Notes under the pieces: generated by a model
The model's input: the letters and a program-made list of their open reading frames with translations, nothing else
Database searches by the model: none
What the model was told of the DNA's origin: nothing
Translations under genes and position numbers: made by a program
Shown: piece by piece, positions 57,337-64,000 of the stretch
Numbering within the stretch: the stretch's first letter is position 1
How the letters are laid out: every line of letters starts with the position of its first letter
NCBI GenBank assembly: GCA_963822585.1
Contig: CAWGIE010000031.1
Span: 96,001-160,000 of the forward strand
DNA: 64,000 nucleotides
Direction: 5' to 3'
Source of the DNA: an uncultured bacterium
GTDB lineage: Bacteria > Auribacterota > Erginobacteria > Erginobacterales > Erginobacteraceae

Positions 57337-58278
57337 CTCCGTTCTTGTCTTCCCCTCTTCAGCAAGCACAGTTTTGATTCTCGAAACCACCTGCTCCGGT
57401 GTCAAGCCAAACAGCTCCCGCAGGTACTCCTGGCTGCCGGCGACCGGGGCATAGGTGTCGGGGATGCCAAATCTGATCAGCCGTACCGGCAGGTTTTCAT
57501 CCAGGATCACCTCTCCGACCGCGCTCCCGAGACCGCCGATCAGGGTATGCTCCTCAATAGTAACAAAGAGAGGACAGCGTCCGGACAGGTTGATCAGCAG
57601 TTCCCGGTCAATCGGCTTGATCGTGTGCATACTGATCACTTCCGGCTTGAGATTTTCTTGCATCAGCAGGTCGGCGACCGCGACCGCTGTCGGGACCATG
57701 TTGCTGGTGGCGATCAGGGCGACGGTGTCTCCTCCGCGCACCCGCAGTCCCTTCCCGATCGTGAAAGGGATATCATCGCCGGCATGAACGGTCGGCTCAC
57801 CGGATTTGCCCAGCCGTATATAACAGGGCCCCGTTAGTTTTAACGATTCTTTCACCGCGAAACGAGTTTCAACCGGGCCGGCCGGACAGATGACCGTCAT
57901 GTTGGGGAGGGCCCGCATCACGGCGATATCCTCGATCGCGTGGTGGGTGGCGCCGGCTGTCCCGTAAGTAACCCCCTGCCCCACCCCGACCAGTTTTACG
58001 GGCAGGTTCTGGTAGCAGAGGTCGACCCGGATCTGCTCGAAACAGCGCATCGTGATAAAGGGCACGATTGTATAGACGAAGACGGTCTTGCCGCTCATCG
58101 CCAGCCCGGCGGACAGCCCGATCATCGCCGCCTCGGAAATCCCGACGTTGTAATAGCGCCCGGGGAAGCGATCCCGAAATTCTTCCAGAATCGTGAATCC
58201 GGCGTCGCCGGTCAGGAGATAGATGGAATCATCCTCTTCCGCCAGCTTGAGCAGTGTATTGATGAAAGCCCGACGCAT
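57325..58278 (-). CDS. Transketolase, C-terminal (pyrimidine-binding) subunit
   Basis: NVGISEAAMIG, EQIRVD, GATHHAIED, TIEEH..GGLG. Confidence 0.9.
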   Translation of the reverse strand: MRRAFINTLLKLAEEDDSIYLLTGDAGFTILEEFRDRFPGRYYNVGISEAAMIGLSAGLAMSGKTVFVYTIVPFITMRCFEQIRVDLCYQNLPVKLVGVGQGVTYGTAGATHHAIEDIAVMRALPNMTVICPAGPVETRFAVKESLKLTGPCYIRLGKSGEPTVHAGDDIPFTIGKGLRVRGGDTVALIATSNMVPTAVAVADLLMQENLKPEVISMHTIKPIDRELLINLSGRCPLFVTIEEHTLIGGLGSAVGEVILDENLPVRLIRFGIPDTYAPVAGSQEYLRELFGLTPEQVVSRIKTVLAEEGKTRTESNR

Positions 58279-58298
58279 TATGTTCCCTCATTATTCAT

Positions 58299-58441
58299 GT
58301 AATCAGTAATCGGTGATCGGTAATCAGTGGCCGGCAATCGGTTGCCGCGGCGGGAATACACCGATTATCGAAGCGCAGCGGAGATCCCGAGGTTTTGACG
58401 AAGTCAAAACTTTTCGGGACTGATTACTGATCACCGATTAC
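58299..58441. repeat. Empty heptamer hairpin element between transketolase subunits
   Basis: gtaatcagtaatcggtgatcggtaatcagt ... actgattactgatcaccgattac. Confidence 0.85.
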
Positions 58442-59235
58442 AGTCCTTTATCCAGTTCCCGGCAATAACACTCTACCTTGCCTTTCGGGACCGAGAGATA
58501 GTGCGATTCGAAACAATCCTCCATCTCTTTGATCCCCTTGCATTTAGTCGTATGGGCTATAATCATGGACGGACACCCCGGACTGAAGGGAACCGCCCGG
58601 AACGCGGCCTCCAGTTTTCCGTGATCGTGCCCGTCAACCTCCCTCACCCCCCAGCCGAAGGCTTCCCACTTTCTCGGAAAGGTGCCGATCGGCTGGATGT
58701 TCTCGACCCGATCGAAACCCTGCAGGTTGTTGGCGTCGATGATGGCAACCAGGTTGTCAAGCTGCAGCCGGGCCGCCAGCATGGCGCCTTCCCAGACGCT
58801 CCCTTCCTGGGTCTCGCCGTCTCCCATCAGCACATAGACCCGGTAGGATTTTCCGTCATTTTTTGCCGCCAGAGCCATCCCGGCCCCGATATTAATCCCG
58901 TGGCCGAGGGAACCGGTTGAGGTCTCCACCCCGGGGACGCCTCCTTTGACCGGGTGGCCGTAAAGCTGGCCCCCGTTCTTGAGATAGGTCTCCAGGACCT
59001 CTTCGGGGAAAAAGCCCTTTCTGGCCAGCGTGGTATACCACGCTGAGGCGGCGTGTCCCTTGCTCAATATAAATCGATCGCGGTCGGGATCGTCAGGAGA
59101 GGTGATGTTCATTATCCGGAAATAGAGAACGGTCATGATATCGACGATTGACATCGCCGAACCGAAATGGGACCCCGTCTGGTGCATCCGCACCAGACGT
59201 TTTCGTATCTCCCTGCTGATCTCCTCTGTTCTCAT
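58438..59235 (-). CDS. Transketolase, N-terminal (TPP-binding) subunit
   Basis: DRFILSKGHA, STGSLGHG, MGDGETQEGSVWE. Confidence 0.9.
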   Translation of the reverse strand: MRTEEISREIRKRLVRMHQTGSHFGSAMSIVDIMTVLYFRIMNITSPDDPDRDRFILSKGHAASAWYTTLARKGFFPEEVLETYLKNGGQLYGHPVKGGVPGVETSTGSLGHGINIGAGMALAAKNDGKSYRVYVLMGDGETQEGSVWEGAMLAARLQLDNLVAIIDANNLQGFDRVENIQPIGTFPRKWEAFGWGVREVDGHDHGKLEAAFRAVPFSPGCPSMIIAHTTKCKGIKEMEDCFESHYLSVPKGKVECYCRELDKGL

Positions 59236-59359
59236 AATATATTTTCGAGTATGGACAGCTCTAATAAATGATACTTTGAGATTGCGTCACAGGCACTCAT
59301 TCCAATTCAAAAAGAAGACAGACTACACCACATGGATTATATATTCAAACTATAAGAAC

Positions 59360-60661
59360 TTAGCCCTTGGGAAAAATGCTCGCCACGCAATTCCGAGCCA
59401 TTCCGACGGCATCATTCATATTGATGTATTCGAACGTTGAGAACCTCCCGATGCTGACTATCCCCCGCGATTTGAGCCAGGAAAGAACAAGGTCGATGTT
59501 CTTCCGGTGATCCAAATCGTAAATAACATACGCGTATCGGAAGGTTTGAGTGGAGGCGCTCTTCACGGCGCCCGCGGGACAGAATCCCAGCCGGTCCAGG
59601 TCCTTGACCGCCATCTCCGTGACCGCCTCCGGAGGAAGATCGTAACGACTTCCCGGCCGGAAAGTGATCTCCGTCATCAGCGTGGACACGCCCGGCAGGC
59701 GATAGTTTTTACCCAGGAAATCCACCCGGGAGACGCGATGAAATGAAATATCCGCGCGTGGCACCATGACCGCGAGATTGGCAGCCAGGTTCTCTTGGGC
59801 GGTTTGCACGATGGAGATATGAATGGAGTTGTACTTCAGATCTTCCAGGGCGCTCATCACTTCGGCGGGGGGGCCCGGTTCCAGGCGGGGAAGAAGTTCA
59901 TGAATCGGCATGGTAGAAACAACCCGTTCAAAATCGCGCGTCTGACCCCCGGCGGTTACCCGGAATGTCCCCTCGCCGGTGATTCTCACGCTTTCTACGG
60001 GAGAAGAGAGATGGACTTCAAGCATGTCGCGGCAACGCTCCGCCAATGCCCGGATGATGGATTCGGTCCCCCCCCGGTCAGGGTAGGAAAAATGTAACTG
60101 GTGCAGGTATCCCTCCGTGGGCACTCCCCGGGCGGAGGCAATAATGTCTTCCGGCGGCGGCTGGGGTATCCGCCCGACCATCTGAGTATCCATGAAAGAG
60201 GGCTCGAATTTCCAGATCTTCCGGTTGTAGGGCTCGAGGTACGTCCGGGTGATCCCTTCACCGAAGGTCTTATAAAAGAAAGTGAGCATGGTGGGGGCCG
60301 GGTAATCCCGATAGGGATTATTGATGAACGTATCCAGGCACCAGTCCCGGTCCTCATCCGGAAGCGCCGAGAGTTCGTTTTCAAAGGGGTATTTGACAAA
60401 CCTTCCCCGGTAGAAAATCTTGTTGGAGCGGCGCCTCTCATGCATTGGGGTTAATGAAAGCAAAAAATCAAGGATCTCCTTGTCTTTCGAGAAGAAAATA
60501 TGCGGGCCGATGTCGTGGCAGACCCCGTTAGTCTCGAAGGAGCGGCATAAGCCGCCTAAGCGGTCTTCTTTTTCGTAAATAACCATCTTCCGCCGGGAGA
60601 AATACGCGAAGGATAAGGCGGACAACCCCCCGCCCAGCACGCAAATCGATTTTTCAGTCAT
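59360..60661 (-). CDS. FAD-dependent oxidoreductase (UDP-galactopyranose mutase/HemY-like)
   Basis: LGGGLSAL, EK..RLGGLCRS, DIGPHIF, YNRKIW, GRFSTFEYINM. Confidence 0.8.
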   Translation of the reverse strand: MTEKSICVLGGGLSALSFAYFSRRKMVIYEKEDRLGGLCRSFETNGVCHDIGPHIFFSKDKEILDFLLSLTPMHERRRSNKIFYRGRFVKYPFENELSALPDEDRDWCLDTFINNPYRDYPAPTMLTFFYKTFGEGITRTYLEPYNRKIWKFEPSFMDTQMVGRIPQPPPEDIIASARGVPTEGYLHQLHFSYPDRGGTESIIRALAERCRDMLEVHLSSPVESVRITGEGTFRVTAGGQTRDFERVVSTMPIHELLPRLEPGPPAEVMSALEDLKYNSIHISIVQTAQENLAANLAVMVPRADISFHRVSRVDFLGKNYRLPGVSTLMTEITFRPGSRYDLPPEAVTEMAVKDLDRLGFCPAGAVKSASTQTFRYAYVIYDLDHRKNIDLVLSWLKSRGIVSIGRFSTFEYINMNDAVGMARNCVASIFPKG

Positions 60662-60732
60662 GGCGATTGCCTTCTCTGATTACTGCTTGCTTCAGTTCTG
60701 CCACTACCGTCAGGAATCAGGATGTGGCGCCA

Positions 60733-61746
60733 TCAGCAGGAAAGAAAACCCCGGTTTATATTGACATCTCCCACATATATGATGCGGGAACCGGACCAAT
60801 CAAACTGGAAGGTCAGTTCAGGGAGTCCGCACAATGCCTTGCGAAGCATTTCCTGGTTTTCCGGCTCGCAGTAAAACAAAAAGAATCCCCCTCCCCCCGC
60901 TCCCAGCAGCTTACCGCCCAGGGCTCCGTGCTCCAGAGCCCTCTGATAATATTTATCGATATAGTCACTGCTGATCTTATCCGTGAGGGCGCGCTTCAGG
61001 AGCCACCCCTCATGGAGAACGCGGGCAAACCCTCTCAGGTCCCCGGCAGTTAGATAATCGCGCATCTCGAAAGCAAGCTCGACCATTCGGCCCATATTCT
61101 CAAACTTTTTTTCGGAGAGCGAGACCTGCTTCCGCTGATCCTCCAGGATTTCTCCCGTCCGGCGCTGCTCGCCGGTGTAAAAAAGCAGGAGGTTTTTTTC
61201 CAGCTCAATGATGGTCTCCTTGGGGAGTGTGAGGGGGGTAACAACCACGGATTCATCGGAGTTGAACTCGATGAAGTTCAAGCCCCCGTAGGCGGCGGCG
61301 TATTGGTCCTGCTTGCCGATTGGTTCCCCCAGCCGGTCGATCTCGATCTCGCACGCCTTGCTCGCCAGTTTATTCTTGCTGCAGAAGGTGCCGCGATAGG
61401 CATAGACGGCGTGGAGCAGGGCCACTGAAAAAGAACTGGACGATCCGAGACCGGTTCCGGAAGGAATGTCGGCCGTGGAGACGATCTCCACGCCGCCCTG
61501 AGGCCATAATTCTTTTAAAACTTCCCGAAAAACGGGATGCCTGATCTTCGCCATGGCGTCGACCAGTTCATTCTGTGAATACTTGAGCAGGGTCTGCCGG
61601 GCATTGAAATACGGATGGACCGAGATGTAGATATACTTATCGATCGTGGTGGAGAGCACCGCGCCGCGGCGCTGTTGATAGAAAAAAGGAATGTCCGTGC
61701 CTCCTCCGGAAAAACTGATCCGGAAAGGCGCGCTGGAAATTATCAT
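60733..61746 (-). CDS. hddA: GHMP kinase (HddA-like)
   Basis: APFRISFSGGGTD, PSGTGLGSS, GKQDQY, LGAGGGGF. Confidence 0.85.
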   Translation of the reverse strand: MIISSAPFRISFSGGGTDIPFFYQQRRGAVLSTTIDKYIYISVHPYFNARQTLLKYSQNELVDAMAKIRHPVFREVLKELWPQGGVEIVSTADIPSGTGLGSSSSFSVALLHAVYAYRGTFCSKNKLASKACEIEIDRLGEPIGKQDQYAAAYGGLNFIEFNSDESVVVTPLTLPKETIIELEKNLLLFYTGEQRRTGEILEDQRKQVSLSEKKFENMGRMVELAFEMRDYLTAGDLRGFARVLHEGWLLKRALTDKISSDYIDKYYQRALEHGALGGKLLGAGGGGFFLFYCEPENQEMLRKALCGLPELTFQFDWSGSRIIYVGDVNINRGFLSC

Positions 61747-61832
61747 GTCGTTTTCACCCTCTTGTTCAGCTTACCCGTCACTCAGATCAGGGATTATTCA
61801 TGAAAAACGAAAATTCTCAAGAATATTCCAGG

Positions 61833-63155
61833 CTAAAAACCTTTTCCGTGTTCCTGTCTTGAATAACCTATTATCCGGACCGCTGCTTCCGGCAGGTCGG
61901 CGCAATGTACATCCGGGGCAACCGGGTATCTACCGTCGCTCCCTCCGTAACCGGTGGCGACGAGAACGCTCCTGATCCCGGCCCGGCGGGCGGTCTCCAG
62001 GTCCACTGTCGTATCCCCGATCAGCCAGGATGAAGCAAGGTCGATAGTGAACTCCCGACGGGCCTGATCGATCAGGAAGGTCCCGGGTTTGCGGCAGCCG
62101 CAGGGTATTTTGAGCTCGGGGACTTCTCCCGGGAAGCCGCGGTCGGGATGGTGAGGGCAGAAATAGATCGCGTCCAACCGGGCGCCTTTTCGTCCCAGCA
62201 GAGTCTCCAATTTGTTGTGGATGGTGGCGAGGTCGGCGATGGTGCACATCCCCCGGGCGATTACCGGCTGGTTGGTGACCATGATGGCCAGATAGCCCGC
62301 CGCGTTAATTTTTCGAAGGGCTTCCGCCGCGCCCGGCAACAACTCGAGGTCCTCCGGCCGGCAGAGATGCCCGACTTCCCGGACCAGTACGCCGTCCCGG
62401 TCAAGAAAAACCGCCGGCCGGGGGTTCCCCCGGTGCATCCGGGCAATCTTTCCCGACTCCCAGTCTTCGGCAACCTCCCGGTAGCGGTCGGGAGTCCCGG
62501 CGTCCTTGATGTATTCCGCGGTCCGGTAGGACTGAAGATGCAGTCCCTTGCGAAGCGCCTCCGGGAAGATATCCCGCGCGCAGTCGGTCGGTCGGGTCCG
62601 GGGAATGCATTTGAGGATGGCCGGTTCGAGCACATAGACGCCCGCATTGGTCAGGTTGGGAAGCCAGGCTCCTTCCGGATGCGGCTTGGGGAGAAAACGG
62701 ATCACCCTCATCTCTCCATCTACCTCCAGCAGATCGCTGTCGTACGGATGGTCGTTGGAGTGAACCGCCAGGGTGGCCGCAGCAGCGGCGGCATGGTGGC
62801 GGCGGATCAATTCCACCAGGTCCATCCAGATCATCACATCGCCATAGAGAACCAGCAGGGTCTGGTCGGCTTTCGGAAAAGCGTTGCGAAGGCAACCGGC
62901 GGTTCCGAGGGGAACGTCTTCGGTCGCGTAGCTGATCGTTGCTCCCCAACGGCGTCCGTCGCCGAAATAGTCCGCGATGACAGGGGAGAGGTGCCTGATG
63001 CAGAGGGTGATATCGTTGATCCCGGATTGTCTGAGGAGTTCGACCTGGTGCTCGAGAATCGGCTTGCCCCCGATGGGAAGCATCGGCTTGGGGATGGTCT
63101 CCGATATCTTCCCCATCCTGGTCCCGATCCCGCCCGCAATAATGGCCGCCTTCAT
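61833..63155 (-). CDS. Nucleotidyltransferase-HAD phosphatase fusion (HddC-GmhB-like)
   Basis: N: AGGIGTRM..PKPM, LGTAG; C: FLDRDGVL, TNQP, CPHHP..CGCRKPG. Confidence 0.9.
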   Translation of the reverse strand: MKAAIIAGGIGTRMGKISETIPKPMLPIGGKPILEHQVELLRQSGINDITLCIRHLSPVIADYFGDGRRWGATISYATEDVPLGTAGCLRNAFPKADQTLLVLYGDVMIWMDLVELIRRHHAAAAAATLAVHSNDHPYDSDLLEVDGEMRVIRFLPKPHPEGAWLPNLTNAGVYVLEPAILKCIPRTRPTDCARDIFPEALRKGLHLQSYRTAEYIKDAGTPDRYREVAEDWESGKIARMHRGNPRPAVFLDRDGVLVREVGHLCRPEDLELLPGAAEALRKINAAGYLAIMVTNQPVIARGMCTIADLATIHNKLETLLGRKGARLDAIYFCPHHPDRGFPGEVPELKIPCGCRKPGTFLIDQARREFTIDLASSWLIGDTTVDLETARRAGIRSVLVATGYGGSDGRYPVAPDVHCADLPEAAVRIIGYSRQEHGKGF

Positions 63156-63297
63156 TAATAAATTAGCTCGCGCAGTTTACCCCGATAAAATCGGGGCTGG
63201 CAAATGTATGTTTTGCACCAAGACTGGAATGATTCCATTGAGGCAATACCTGTAACTTAAAATACTTCTGTAATAGTGCTCCAATGCTTGCATATTC

Positions 63298-64000
63298 TTA
63301 TTTTTCCAAAGGAAAAATAAGAGGATGAAGTGCCTCCCGAACGGAGGTCCGGATCGCTTCGTCCGACGTGAAACGGGGTTGCCAGCCGAGTTTTTTAATC
63401 CGGGAGAAATCATACCGGTAGTGGGGAACGTCGCCTTCCCAGCCGGCCGCGCCCCCGGTGAAGTCGAACGGGATATTCCCCAAACCCATCTCATCAACCA
63501 CGATTTCGGCGATCCGCCTGACGGTGGTCCTGGTCGCAACGCCGATGTTGAGACAGTTGATAGCCCCCGACAACCTGCGACGACCGAGTAGCATGGCGTC
63601 GATCAGGTCCCGGATGTGCAGGTAAGGCTTACACTGTTCCCCGTCGCCGAGGATGACAAGCCGGGTGGGATCATCCCGGAGTCTCTTGATGAAGTCATGG
63701 ACCACCCCGTGGGTCAGCCGGTCGCCCACGACATTCGGAAACCGGTATATCCAGGTGCGCATTGCGAACCGGTGGGCGAAGGCAGAGATGTAGGACTCAC
63801 CGGCGTTTTTGGCGGCACCGTAAAATGAAACCGGGCGAAGCGGCCCGTGATCCTCGCTGATTTCCCGATCCACTTCCCCGTAGATGGCGGAACTGCTGGC
63901 GAAGACAAGTTCTTTGACGTTGAATTTCCTCATTGCGTCAAGGACGCGGAAGGTAGTCAGAAAAGTCAGGTTAAGGTCGCGGTCGGTCTCCCGGCTCCCT
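63298..64000 (-). CDS. NAD-dependent epimerase/dehydratase (5' end off window)
   Basis: Frame open to the edge (GSRETDRDLNLTF...); ASSSAIYG, YGAAK, RFPNVVG; paralog of 13443-14378. Confidence 0.85.
   Translation of the reverse strand, partial: GSRETDRDLNLTFLTTFRVLDAMRKFNVKELVFASSSAIYGEVDREISEDHGPLRPVSFYGAAKNAGESYISAFAHRFAMRTWIYRFPNVVGDRLTHGVVHDFIKRLRDDPTRLVILGDGEQCKPYLHIRDLIDAMLLGRRRLSGAINCLNIGVATRTTVRRIAEIVVDEMGLGNIPFDFTGGAAGWEGDVPHYRYDFSRIKKLGWQPRFTSDEAIRTSVREALHPLIFPLEK

Noticed and set aside
1398..63158. Long alternative-frame or antisense ORFs (e.g. 1398-2576, 27312-28511, 37429-38508, 53779-55005, 62148-63158)
   Set aside because: Shadows of well-supported genes in GC-rich DNA, with no recognisable motifs

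Overview
A 64-kb, mostly minus-strand, GC-rich bacterial cell-surface glycan biosynthesis/modification locus; the organism cannot be identified from the sequence. It carries 11 radical SAM genes (5 B12-binding type, 6 SPASM/Twitch type, one frameshifted) plus a deleted twelfth remnant, about 8 polytopic GT-C/YfhO-like membrane proteins, 4 GT2 glycosyltransferases, 2 membrane-anchored sulfatase-fold proteins and 3 DegT aminotransferases. Two parallel higher-carbon sugar-nucleotide modules are present: transaldolase-GmhA-GmhB-HddA-HddC-epimerase, and split transketolase-oxidoreductase-HddA-HddC/GmhB fusion-epimerase. Lower-GC cargo is interspersed: two toxin-antitoxin pairs, an AAA ATPase broken by an IS, a second IS and a MITE. 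The most striking unexplained structure is a family of inverted tandem heptamer arrays, (AATCAGT)n...(ACTGATY)n. They bracket two near-identical four-helix-bundle (IVP/bAvd-like) genes, also occur as empty intergenic hairpins, and sit in frame inside two membrane-protein genes. A parallel octamer family (GGAGTAAT...ATTACTCC) has the same architecture. Product calls rest on motif recognition only; no searches were run.
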